DNA of 64,000 bases. It comes from Ruditapes philippinarum (Eukaryota). The translations under genes and the position numbers were made by a program. The stretch is from contig NW_026864036.1 in NCBI RefSeq assembly GCF_026571515.1, forward strand, positions 1 to 64,000. Direction: 5' to 3'. This document shows positions 12,971 to 25,200 of this stretch, piece by piece. Positions within the stretch are counted from its first letter, which is position 1; each line of letters opens with the position of its first letter. The notes below the pieces were generated by a model. That model was not told where the DNA came from. It made no database searches and saw nothing but the letters and a program-made list of their open reading frames with translations.

Positions 12971-13590
12971 AAACAAGAGCTTTCACAGAATGTGACAAAT
13001 GCCCATGACGGATTCTAGTTATAAACTACCTATTACATGTATAGTGTGGTGGTAAAAAATGACAAAGTTCGAACCCCAGCAGTGACCATTAAGTAAGACA
13101 AAAAAACCTGGGTCTTGTTCACAACACATTGTCCATCTATGGTGACTTTATATTTTGAAATGAAAATTGAAACTTTCATGTATATGGAAGTTACAGTGCG
13201 GACACAACAATCATCATTTATATGTATATAACATAAATATTGAAAAAAGTTTAAACCCCAGCAGTGACCTTGAACTAAGGCGTAGGAACGCGGGTCTTAA
13301 GGGCAACACATGATACATTTATGATTATTTCATATGTGAAATAAAAAATATAATCCTTTCATGCATGTTAGTTTCAGAGCAGGCACGACTACTTCTGTCT
13401 ATATGTATGTTAACATTAAAATTGAAAAAGTTTGAATTGAATTCCCACAGTGACAAGAAAATGGTACATTGTGAAAGAAAAATTACAATACTTCCATGCA
13501 TACTGAAGTTTCTGAGCGGACACGACCACCGCCGTCTATATTTATATCACATAAAAATGAGAGTTTGAACCCCAACAGTGACCTTGTCAA
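12971..13590 (+). repeat. Degenerate repeat element with ~130-190-bp internal tandem units (HINE/pearl-like)
   Basis: Starts AACAAGAGCTTTCACAGAATGTGACAAATGCCC. The motif GAACCCCAGCAGTGACC recurs imperfectly at ~13071, 13254, 13440 and 13567. Confidence 0.45.
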
Positions 13591-13619
13591 ATCACGATAA
13601 AAAGGACAAAGAAAATGGT

Positions 13620-14030
13620 GTCCCAATTTGATTCATATTACATAACTACACAACCTCTTTTTTAATATTGTTACATCTTCCTGTTTCAATATTTAAGCTA
13701 TCTGATTCGATACTTCTTTTCATGAATGATATTATGGTATTTTTCAAGTTAAATTTAGCGCACGAATGAAGTCGATTCGAAATATTTTCTTCCTCATACC
13801 AATGTTACACGTATGAGTCATAAGTCATTTTTTAAATTTCATCAAACAAAATACCGATTTCAAATTGGTGTCCACATACATGGCTAAATCCATGGCTATC
13901 TAGTATATTCTTGATTTGGTACGCCCAATTATTTCTTTTGTAATGTCTATTAAAAACAGTGTCATGTTTAAATATCTGAAATGTCAGTAAAATCAAAGAA
14001 TCTAAATTCTGTGATAATGTTTTCATCAGT
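13620..14030 (-). mobile_element. Decayed LINE ORF2 C-terminal fragment
   Basis: NNWAYQIKNILDSHGFSHV and SLNIETGRCNNI resemble the NW...ILxxxGFxxxW and LxIETGR motifs near the 3' end of invertebrate LINE ORF2. Confidence 0.55.
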
Positions 14031-15835
14031 GATATTTCGTGTAATACAACATGAATAATTAGCTAATTGAAATTTTAATGATAATTTAAAAATAATATTT
14101 TCATAATCTCTTTGATCTTTACCTCAACCCTGAATGGATGAATGGATGATTTTTGACAGATTAACATAAATTAGAAGTGCAAACCTACAAGTCGGTTCGT
14201 ATTGTTCTCAATATTGAAGAAGCATGACAATACGTTTACAACAAAAGCAAGGATTTTTGAAAAATGCAGATATACTCAGCATATTTTTTTATTTATAGCT
14301 CACCAATCGAACATATAGAATCATTTAAATACCTTGGAATTACTCTCCTTAAAAAAAAAATCAAAACAGAATAGCTGAACATGCCACATTCGCTTTGCAT
14401 AACATGTTTTAAGTATTTAAAAATGTATAGCTTTTCATAGCTAATCAGAAATGTAAATTGATTGATTTTCTAGTCGAGCCCATTTTGAATATTAATTTGG
14501 AGGTTTTGGAAATGCACGATGCTAAAAATACAAAATTAATGCATACTAATCTTTTGTGCAAAGTCTTATGGGCAAAAAGAAATATTAACTTGTCAGCGCT
14601 TTATGGTGAGCTTAGATGTTATTCGTTACATATTACTAAAAAACTTAACATGATACAATATTGGTAAAATATGCTTAAACTTAATCACCCTTTGTAAACC
14701 AAGCGTTTATTTTTATTTAAGGTACGTTATTTCAGTCATTTCTGACTTATTAGACACCTTTTGCTTGCATACAATGTACCACTCAACTCCTACCACTATG
14801 CCAGGCGGATAGAAATCGGTAACAATTCATTTTCACTACTTCGCGGCTCACGAAGCGGCCATTTCGGAACGAGTCCTTTCATTCTTCAAATAAGGATACC
14901 AGTGGGGCTCTAACCTTCGACTTCCCGATACAAAATCGCACGCCTTAACCACTATGCTAACGGTACCGGTTTGATAGAATATGAAAAGCCATCCTTAAAA
15001 CAGAATTACGATACATTTTACTTCTAAGGGAGACAACTCCACAAACCATATCACAGCTGTTTACTGTTTAATGTACTGAAGATTTGTCTTCCCCAGATAC
15101 ACACATGTTTTAATATAACCATTTTCGTTCGTTATATTCTAAAAACATAACATCCATATATTCACACTATTTCATGTTTTTCTTTTAAAAGTCTATATTG
15201 TAGTATAAAATGGGACACAATGAATAAAACAGTACTTGAAAGTTTTAAGTAGCTTGCTTCTTTCCAACCGAAATTTGACAACATCTCAGATCTTGATGAA
15301 TGTTGGTATGCATACATGTAAATATGTAGAATTTACTTCCGCAGCATTATTTTGTAAAAGAAACTGTTGGTATGACGTCAAAGCCCCTCCATTTTTATCG
15401 ATAAAACGGCCCGTTTTATTTTAATTTTCATTAGATGTTCTAAATCTAAATTTAATAATGTTCAGTAGACGTATGCCTTTACATTGATGTCTTTCTTTTA
15501 TCTTTGCCGAATATACTGTGATTCTACGGCTAATTTCCCACTTTTTTTTGCGTACAAATCTGTTGAAAATATCGCACATCATCGCAATAACAATTGTGAA
15601 ATAAAAAAATCAAAACGGTAATTTTTGCTATAATATTTTAACATGTTGTGATGTAGAGATTGAAAGTATTTATGCAATAAAATCATAGGATCAAATCGTA
15701 AGATATTTTGCTATTACTTTTTAAAACACATTTACATTAATTTCTTGTATTTCTTTGAAAATAATACTATTAAACATTACGATGATATACTTTCTTTACT
15801 CCACTCTATCACAAAGAACATAAATGCAAATAATA
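13969..15835 (+). repeat. Segmental duplication: start of tandem unit 2 (copy of 1-1894)
   Basis: Near-identical to window positions 1-1894 at offset 13968. A third, error-rich copy begins at ~34648. Confidence 0.95.
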
Positions 15836-15882
15836 AAAATGAATTCAGGACATTATTTGAATTAAAGGTACCTAGTTCTTAA

Positions 15883-16443
15883 CCCATTACTTCATATACA
15901 CGCCTTTTAACGCCTTTATCACCCCCCCCCCCCCTTTTTGTTGTCTCAAATGATGAAAAAATGCCTTATTTAGGCCCCAAACACTTGTTTTTGTTTGAGA
16001 AATGTTGTTAAAAAAAGTGACCTCTTTTTCGGCGCGGCCCCCCAACCAAAAGATACATCAGGGGGTCGCCAAGAAAATTTTGGACTTGTGAGAGGCTGTA
16101 AATGACCCCAGATTGATCATAAGGTAACGTGTAACCAACGCTGAAAAGCATTTGACTCTATCTCAATCCATTGAAAAGTTACAGCACTTTGAAATCAATT
16201 TTGATGGAAAAAATCAACGCAAAATAGTGATTTTTGGCAATTTTGAGATGTCCCCTCGTTGCCATGGTAACAGAAAATTTAAGCCTGAGCATGTTGTTGC
16301 AAAGGCAATGGTCCAGTCAACATTTGTGCCTAGTTTGATTAGTGTCGAAGCAGTTTTTATAGTATTATAGCAATTTGAACTTGTAACGGGAGACTTTTCA
16401 ATGAAAACAGCCATTTTTCACAAAATGCTCATGAAGTAATGGG
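15883..16443. mobile_element. piggyBac-type MITE copy A
   Basis: TTAA|CCCATTACTTCAT...ATGAAGTAATGGG|TTAA: 13-bp TIRs with CCC termini and TTAA TSD. Lacks an internal GC-rich hairpin segment that copy B has. Confidence 0.85.
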
Positions 16444-16575
16444 TTAACGAAAAAAAAAAATAAAAAAATCAACAAAACAACAATTTTTCTTCAAATTTAT
16501 ATAACAGGCCTTGTTCAAAAACATGAAAAAACGCGATTTAGGGTAATTTCAAGTATTTTCATCATTTTCTGTTAA

Positions 16576-17197
16576 CCCATTACTTCATATACACGCCTTT
16601 TAACGCCTTTATCACCCCCCCCTTTCTTTTTGTTGTCTCAAATGATGAAAAAATGCCTTATTTAGGCCCCAAACACTTGTTTTTGTTTGAGAAATGTTGT
16701 TAAAAAAAGTGACCTCTTTTTCGGCGCGGCCCCCCAACCAAAAGATACATCAGGGGGTTGCCAGAAGGGGGATGTGCCCCCTTCTGTTTGGGGGGTTTGA
16801 AGGGGGGCGGAGTCCCCCTCATCGCCAAGAAAATTTTGGACTTGTGAGAGGCTGTAAATGACCCCAGATTGATCATAAGGTAACGTGTAACCAACGCTGA
16901 AAAGCATTTGACTATCTCAATCCATTGAAAAGTTACAGCACTTTGAAATCAATTTTGATGGAAAAAATCAACGCAAAATAGTGATTTTTGGCAATTTTGA
17001 GATGTCCCCTCGTTGCCATGGTAACAGAAAATTTAAGCCTGAGCATGTTGTTGCAAGGGCAATGGTCCAGTCAACATTTGTGCCAAGTTTGATTAGTGTC
17101 GAAGCAGTTTTTATAGTATTATAGCAATTTGAACTTGTAACGGGAGACTTTTCAATGAAAACAGCCATTTTTCACAAAATGCTCATGAAGTAATGGG
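16576..17197. mobile_element. piggyBac-type MITE copy B
   Basis: Same TIRs and TTAA flanks; direct repeat of copy A. Contains the hairpin CAGAAGGGGG-ATGTG-CCCCCTTCTG. Confidence 0.85.
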
Positions 17198-18324
17198 TTA
17201 AAGATATACTTAGGGCAAATATGATGCTACTAAAAGTTAGATAATTGCTACGCAGTCTCTTTGTTTATATTAAATAACATGTTTTGACTTCACGCAAAGA
17301 AGATATGTTATGTTTTAAACTCTATACGCTTAAGGTGGTCACAATATAAATATACATGTAGTGTCAATAGAAATACTGGCATTTTTTTAAATTTGAAATA
17401 CAAAATGATTGCTTAGCTAAATAAAAGAGGTATCCAAAGGATTTGTTAAAACCAAAGGTGTCTGGGGAATGACCCTTTTTTTCCCCCGTGGTTTAATTGA
17501 CCCAGAAAGTAGGGTGTTTGTGGTCATTTGGTTTCTCCCTTTAATGATTCAATAAAGAAGGTAAATTTGGCTGTAACTTGTGGAAAAATCGTTAAATTTT
17601 TTTGTTTTTGTTACCACAAAAAAATTTATAAGGGACCCCCGGAAAAAAAACACTTATGAAACCAAAAGCAAAATAGAAGGGGAAAAAACAAAAAGAAAAC
17701 AAAAAAAACACCATGTAAAAAAAAAAACTAATTGGCAAATTTTGGGAAAACAATCTTTTTAACAAATTTTAAATATTTTTTTAAAAATTTTTGTTTTTTA
17801 CTTTTTAATCCAAAATTTTATTAACAGAGAACTTTTTAAAATTGATTTTAAAAGGGGAAAGGGGAATTTTTATTTGCATTTTAAAGATACCCTTGTTCTT
17901 AAAATATACTTTTCTCAAATTTGAAGTTAGAACATCTTGGGAATTTTAGGTTTTAATGAACGCAAATTTCCAATACACAGGTTTAATCATTCTTTTATTC
18001 ATTAAGGCATATACAGTATAGATTTTTATAGATTTCATTTAAATTTTACGTGATAAAGATAGTTTACGCAAGGATGAGCATAGCATATCTTTAACATTGT
18101 TTGTTTATATTCGTCGTTATTTATGTAGCATTTGTCTGCAAAAAATAAATAATAATATGATAACATCGTACGTAAAAATAAAAAAAGGAAAGTAAAAATC
18201 AAAGTTAATTTTCTATTTTCAAGTATCAGTGACTTGACTAAAGTAACTTATTCTCAAACTGGAAAGTATTCGAGGTATCGCAGATAGCCATGTTATACAG
18301 CTATTTCAACACGAACAATGGTCT

Positions 18325-20223
18325 TCATATCATAAGGTCTAAAACTGATTTACAAAACATTTTCCCAGGTTGTTTTCATTTTGTATTCACCGCTTTCAAA
18401 TGTCCACACAATCCTTACATTCCTTTGTTATACCTCTCTCATAGTTGGTGTCATCAGTTCTTGTTCCACTTGTTCAATAAACATCAAAATGATTGGTTTC
18501 CCTTCCATGAATGCTTGCTCAAGCTCACCTCTACAATAAACACTTTGACAAAAGTTTTCCGTAGCTACTACAATTAAAACAGACGCTGTCGCCAAGCGCC
18601 TGCACGTTTCATTTTGAACATAGAAACCAGGTCGAAAATGTCGGTCACCTGTACAAACTAGTTCTCTATCAACTCCTGTCATCAACTGAAGATTTTCATT
18701 CAACTGATGTAGAATATGCGTATTGACAAAGTCCTCATCTTCATTGCTGAAGGCAAGAAAAACCGCAAATTCATAGTAACCATTGCCCTGGCGTAACAAA
18801 TTAATAACATTTGCTCTATTTTGTAACCTTTTTCTATGCTTTCTTCGGATATAAAATATCAGAAGTGAAATTATTAGAATAAGTGAAATACATCCCGCCA
18901 AAATGCTTGTTGCAGTAATAATAACCTTCCTTCGACAAATCATCTTGACTTTCTTGACAGTCTCTTGCGTTATTATTTCTTCTTCATCCTTATCATTGTA
19001 ACAAATCAGTTGCTGTGAATCAAGATCAACAAGATTCGTTGATGTCAGCCAAACGAGAAATGATAGTTCTTTGCATTCTGAACACGAAATGGGATTTGCT
19101 TTTAAAATAACAATGTTTTTCCCAATGTCAGTAGCAATACCGTTTGAAATGCTATTCAAGTTATGAATAGACATTTGGTCTAAGACATGAATTTTGTTTC
19201 CATATAGATTTAACACGGATAGTCTCGACAATTTAGCCAAAGTAATGTGAACTTGATCTAATAAGTTACCCGATAAATCGATAATTTCAATATTCCTATT
19301 ATTCTCGAATATTTTCATCGGAAGTTTATTTAAACTATTTCTTGACATGTTAATGTTTTTTAAATATCTGAGACCTGAACATAATGATTCAAACAGCCCT
19401 ATGTTCTCCTGGGACATTTTCACTAACTGATTGCTTGACAAGTCTAATTTCTGCAGATTTGGAAAGCATGACAATAAGTTTGGATGTAAAAACTGCATAC
19501 CATTTTCAGATAAATCCATGCGACTGAATGATGAAAATTTAAAATTCTTACATATGACATTCATGTCAAGCCACCTTAAATTATTTTGCCTCATTATTAA
19601 TTCTTTTGTGAATGTCAAAGGATTTAAATCTACGGTAAAATTGACGCTTTTTATCCAAATTGACGAAACATGTGGAATGATTCCGCTCACATTTATAATT
19701 TCAGGAGTTAAAAGTAGTTTGAAGTCTTCAACATGAGGAAGACTAGATAAACTAGTATTTATATTCTCCACCTTAAGTCTACCTGGTGGAAGATGAAATA
19801 CTTTCTTCGGAAGATTCGCGAAGCTCAAATCAACAAATTTTATGCGTTTCAGGTCGCCTTGCTCTAAATACATGTGTTTGAAGAAACCAATATTACAGTA
19901 CGATGCGTCCACGACCTCCAAGTAGGCTAATCGTTTGAATACGGCAGTCAAATTTATTCCTTTTAGATCAGTTTTACTCACATCCACATACTTAATTTTC
20001 TTTGACTGAAGGACCTCCATAAATTTGTCATCAATAGATAACGGCTGTGAATAACGGGAACATTTTGATAATATCAATTTATTCAATTCCGGCAACTTAT
20101 CAGATCCATTTAGAGCTGAAATGAGATTATTTAATGTAAATTTTACACTCCTGCTAAAATCCAGAACTTCTACTTTTTTAACGCCAATGAAAGTGTTGGG
20201 ATTCATATAGAATGAGCATTCCA
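18325..20223 (-). pseudogene. TLR: Toll-like receptor copy 2, 5'-truncated with premature stop in TIR
   Basis: ORF 18428-20269 encodes LRR-LRRCT-TM-TIR. Homology to copies 1 and 3 stops at ~20223, so the signal peptide and ~115 codons are missing. TAC>TAA at 18428-18430 removes the last ~34 codons, and there is a 1-bp insertion near 18357. Confidence 0.8.
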
Positions 20224-20231
20224 TTCTCCAT

Positions 20232-20359
20232 TCTACATTATCCAATACAAGAGAATATGATACTTGCATTCAAGACTTGGATAGGTGTAGACGGGCCTGT
20301 CTACACCTATCCAAGTCTTGAATGCAAGTATCATATTCTCTTGTATTGGATAGTGTAGA
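20232..20359. repeat. 128-bp spacer-less palindrome
   Basis: 64-bp arms centred at 20295/20296 with only two mismatches, both G.T pairs. Confidence 0.95.
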
Positions 20360-21039
20360 CACCCTACTTGAATGAGTTTTAAAAAGAAATTATGTGACAT
20401 TCAAGAAGATAATTCCTTGCAAGAAAGTTAGAACACGTTCTATATTTCTACAAGTTTTTGGTTGTCAAGACACTGATAACACCGGTTTGACACAAAACAT
20501 GTGCCCCGAAGGTGTGATAGTGCTGTTTTTTTTATTATTTTCTGACCTTTTTTGTTACTGATTCAGTGTTCATGATCTTTAAATTTTAGTAAATGTATAA
20601 ATATCTTGGTCAGAGAAACAGATCAATACACTGATACACAGAAGAGCAAAACAAAAATTTTAGTTTTCAAATACCGGTTTTGTCAAATTTGGGTTTTTAA
20701 AGATGAAAAACCATCAAATAAACAATTTTCATCAATTTTTTCAGCTCAAAAAAATTTTTCTCACATGTTCCCCTTTTTTTAAAAGAAAATTTCACATTTT
20801 AATTTCATTGACTTTCCAAATTTTTTTTAAAACTAAAATTTTCAAAACATTTTTCCCCCTTTTTTATTCACAATTTTTCAAAAAAAGATAGTATTCGAAG
20901 ACAAAGGGATAATTCCCGGGGAAACTTAATTAACATTTCCGTAAAAAATGTGCCTGATTAAAAATTGAAAGGGGGTTTATTTAGCTTTCTAAATTGACAA
21001 AGTTAGAAACTTTTAAAAGGGGTAAACAAAGGGCCCTTA

Positions 21040-21487
21040 AATTGTAAAAAAATTCATTTTTTTTCTTCATTTTTTGGTATTTTTTTGTTTTGTTTGTCTG
21101 GGGTTTTTTTAGAGGTTGGGGTCGCCCCGGTGTCTTGTTTCGTATAAAAGACGTATACGTGAAAAGATATTTCATATAAGTGGCTGATAAATGATGTGTG
21201 TTTGTTTTGGGTGTAAATAATGATCAGAGTTCTTTGTTTTGGGGTGTAAATAATAATCAGAGTTTGTTGTTTACATGTATATATTGATTTGAGATAGAAA
21301 AAGATAAAAATACCTTAAAAAAAACAGTGTTAACTAAACAATTACATGCTTGTTTTCCAATTGAGAATATTTCAATTTTATTTCAGGCGGTGCTGCCCAG
21401 CCCCCATATCTTGGAAATTGGTTCGAGTATTTATTACTGAATCTTTCCTTAGATTAAATAACATCAAGGCAGACATTTCTCCTGACA
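21040..21487 (+). repeat. 5' LTR (recognisable portion)
   Basis: 21128-21487 aligns with 27595-27966, differing mostly by homopolymer indels. Weaker alignment continues back to ~21040. Ends ...CTCCTGACA. Confidence 0.8.
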
Positions 21488-21490
21488 ATT

Positions 21491-21508
21491 TGGGGGCTCC
21501 TCCGGGAT
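21491..21508 (+). promoter_or_regulatory. Primer-binding site complementary to tRNA-Pro
   Basis: TGGGGGCTCCTCCGGGAT is a 17/18 match to the canonical tRNA-Pro PBS TGGGGGCTCGTCCGGGAT, 3 nt after the LTR end. Confidence 0.85.
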
Positions 21509-22296
21509 GTTCTATTTAAGTTGGAATCTTTCCTGGCTAAATATTGTTTGTTTAAACTTTGATAAAATTTTTGTTAAACCTTAAATCATTTTCGATCTGT
21601 TGGTAAAATGTAGCAGTGTTAAAATGCTGTTAGGCGAAAAATCTATAAATCTGTTGTAGTGTTATACAAGTAAACTTTCTGTGCCAATAGAGTTTAAAAC
21701 AGAGGTTTATATGTATAGAAGCGGTGACTTTAAACTGTGTTTTAAAAGTTTATGTTATACTGAAGAATTTATTGCGTTTTAGCAGGAGAGCCCCCTTTGT
21801 TGAAAAACTGTTTATACGGTGATAGAATAAAGTGGTTTTGGGGAGACATTTGTTTTGATAGTTTGAATCTTGTGTTAATAAGTTTATATCGATGATAAAG
21901 ATAAAACTTATAATTTGTTGAAGTTATAAACATCAGTAACTGATAGAAGTTTTTATAACGGGTGTCCAGTGGGTGGATTATTCATAAAAGTTATGTAATA
22001 ATTGAATAGATGTTTTTTTTGCCAAAGCCGGTGCTTTGTTGGTTTTTTTTTCTTAAAGATTTACATAGTTGTTAAAACACTACAGGAAGATTATTATCAG
22101 TTTCCCTGTTTTTTTAATTTAATACAAGTTCAATTGGCCGTTCCCGTAGGTGCCATGCTATATAGAGAAGATTTTGGAAAAACAATTGTCGGTGCTTACA
22201 GAGGGTACCACCATTTTGTTGAATAATAAGTGTTTACTTTACGGGTTTCGTAAAAGTTTATTATTTCTTTAATAGTAATCCATTATTTAAGCAATT

Positions 22297-25200
22297 ATGG
22301 ATTATTGATAAATGGGGGGTATCATTGGGAGAGAGGCCTTGGGTTTTGAAGGACGGGGATTTACGTGACTTATGTTCAAAGAAAGAATCAGAATATCTTG
22401 ATAGAGAAGAAAGAAAATATTAGACGTGAAGAAAATAAACGGCGATTTGAGGCCGAGCGTAAAGCAAAAGAAGCTGAACGTGAGGAAGAGCGACGGCGTT
22501 TCGAGGCCGAGTGTCTAGAAAAAGAAGCCGAACGTGAGGAAAAGAAACGTTTATTTCGAGCTGAAGTAGAGATGAAAATGAAAGAGCAAGAAATAGAATT
22601 GATGAAGTTAAAAATCGAGGCTGGGGATCGCCCTTGATACCCCACCTAGCACCGGTTTGAAGCCAAGATTGCCTAAATTTGAAGAGTCAAAAGATGACAT
22701 AGATGCTTATATAGAGCGTTTTGAAAGGTTCTCCATTAGTCAAGGATGGAAAGAAGATACATGGGCAATAAGCTTAAGTTCGTTATTAACTGGGAAAGGA
22801 CTTGAAGTTTAACTAGTATGCCTCCTGAGCAAGCATCAGACTATCAAGAATTAAAAAACAGCAGTTTTAAAAAGGTACCAATTAACAGAAGACGGTTTCA
22901 GAAATAAATTTAGAGAGAGTAAGCCGGAACAAGGGGAGACTGTAAACCAATTTATGGCTCGCTTAGATAGGTACTTTAGCAGATGGACAGAAATGGCTGA
23001 CGCTGCGGAATACAGTAGATAAATTGAAAGATCTTATTATTAGAGAGCAATTTGTCAAAGTTTGTTCAACGGAGTTAGCTCTTTTTCTTAAGGAACGAAA
23101 GCCAAAGGATCGTAGAGATGTCATCTCTTTGGCTGAACAATACTTAGAAGCTCATGGCGGTACAATTACAAAAAGTAAAAGCTCAAAAGTTGCCAATTTT
23201 TCAAATAAATCACCAATACGCCTTAATCAAGGTAATCTAATACAGAACTATCATAGGGAAAACAGAAAAGTTTACATGCTTCATATGTAATAGAGAGGGT
23301 CATGTGGCAAGAGATTGTCGAGATCAGACTAAGAAAAGATATGGGGCTGCTGCGATGTCATATGGAGAGCAAAATAGAAATTACCTTAAAACAAATCGGG
23401 ATTCTTCACCAAGGGAACTGGCGTAGTAGGCCTGGAGAATTTAGACGTGAATGGGTAGATCGGATGATAAGAAAGTAATCGGGGTTATGTAATGTTCAAT
23501 TTCTCCAACAAGTTCTTATGATGGTTGTATGAAGAGGGGAAACTTAAAAATTAGCCAATGGCAATTCTGTGCCTGTTCGTTACAAGCAGCTTACAATTGA
23601 ATCATTAGAAGGTGAACGTCAATTGGATCTGAAACTAAAAAGGATATGTTGGTAATCAAGAGTGAAAAGTTCTTAGAGACACTGGTTTGCGAGTTAGCAG
23701 TAGTTAGAAAGAAGTTAGTGAGAGAAAGAATCAAATGCTGAATAAAAATTGTGTCATGATATCAATAAGATTGTCGGGCCAGGTTGGTACCTCATGGAAA
23801 ATAGACATTAATAACACCCTTATTATAAGGGGTAAAATAGAAGCTATGGTTTTTAGAGTCAGAATTGTGACTTAGTCCTGGGAATATTCAGGGTGTACTT
23901 GATAATATGATAAACAGATCACAAAGGAAGGGGCGTTCAATGAACGCAATGAGCCAAATGAGAAAGTGGGTTAGCCGAGAAGTAACAAACATAGCTGCTG
24001 TTGTTACTAGAGCACAAGCAGAAAAAGAGAAAGAAAAGGCAATGAAACCTCTTAAGGTTCCAAAAAAGGTCGAAGATAATGAAATACGGTAGAATGTTCT
24101 TAAGAAAGAACAATCAAATGACAATACGTTACAGCGTTTGTGGCAGTATGCTAGGGAAAATAAGATCATGAAAACAAAAAGCGGTAACAAATTTAGATAT
24201 GAAGTAGAAAAAGATGTGTTGTATAGAATATTTGAGACGGTGAAAGGTGATTTAAAGTCTGAAACAAGACAAATAGTTGTTCCTAGTAAATATCACAAAA
24301 GAGTTATGTCATTAGCTCATGAATCTATAGTGGGCGGGCATTTGTCTGTACGCAAGACTTTAGCAGGATACAGTCTAGTTTTCACTGGCCAGGTATTTTC
24401 TAGTGATATCACTAGATTTTGTCGTTCCTGTGACATTTGTCAGAAGACGGTGCCCAGGGATAGACTTCAGAAAGCTCCTTTAGGTGAAATGCCTATTATT
24501 GACACTACGTTCCAGAGAATTGCGGTTTGATTTGATAGGGCCAATAACGCCTGTATCGGAAAGGGAAATAGGTACATATTAACTGTAGTTGATTATGCTA
24601 CACGTTACCCAGAAAAGCTATTGCTTTACCAAGAATTGAGACTGAAAATATAGCTGAAGCATTGTTAGATATTTTTGCAAGAGTAGGTTTCCCATCGGAA
24701 ATACTTAGTGATAGGGGTAGTCCCAGTTCACATCCCAACTTATGGAAGAAGTTTGTAGACTTGTATCACTGAAACAGTTGTTTACTACCCCTTACAATCC
24801 AAAATGTAATGGTCTTTGTGAGAGAATGAATGGTATTTTAAAAAGCATGTTGAAGGAAAATGTGCCAAGAAAGACCTAAGGATTGGGACAGATATTTGAC
24901 TGCGGTTCTCTTTGCATACAGAGAAGTCCTCAGTCAAGTACAGGGTCTCACCATTCGAGCTTTTTAATGGCAAGAACTGTTAGAGGTCCCATGGCAAGCA
25001 CTAAAAAGAATTATGGACAGAGACAGAAGTACCAGAGACACGTAATACGTATGAGTACGTCCTAGATTTGAGAAATAGATTAGAACAAACATGCAAGATT
25101 GCTAGAGAGAATCTCAGCAACTCACAAGAAGAGTACAAACAATCATTATGATAAGAAAACACGACCAAGAAGTCTTAAGAAAGGAGACAAAGTTTTATTG

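Noticed and set aside
13070-13590. CRISPR-like repeat-spacer array
   Set aside because: The units are degenerate, 130-190 bp apart with related intervening sequence, in a eukaryotic context with no cas genes.
16214-17168. Duplicated 66-aa ORF MAVFIEKSPV...
   Set aside because: It lies inside two copies of a non-autonomous MITE and has no transposase or other recognisable motif.
20224-20269. N-terminus MQVSYSLVLDNVEWR of the 613-aa TLR ORF as a genuine start
   Set aside because: It comes from the palindrome arm, starts at a non-ATG codon and is not homologous to the other TLRs.
20463-21040. TGTCA at 20463 as the start of the 5' LTR
   Set aside because: The distance fits (~1.02 kb), but the sequence does not align with the start of the 3' LTR and no matching TSD is present.
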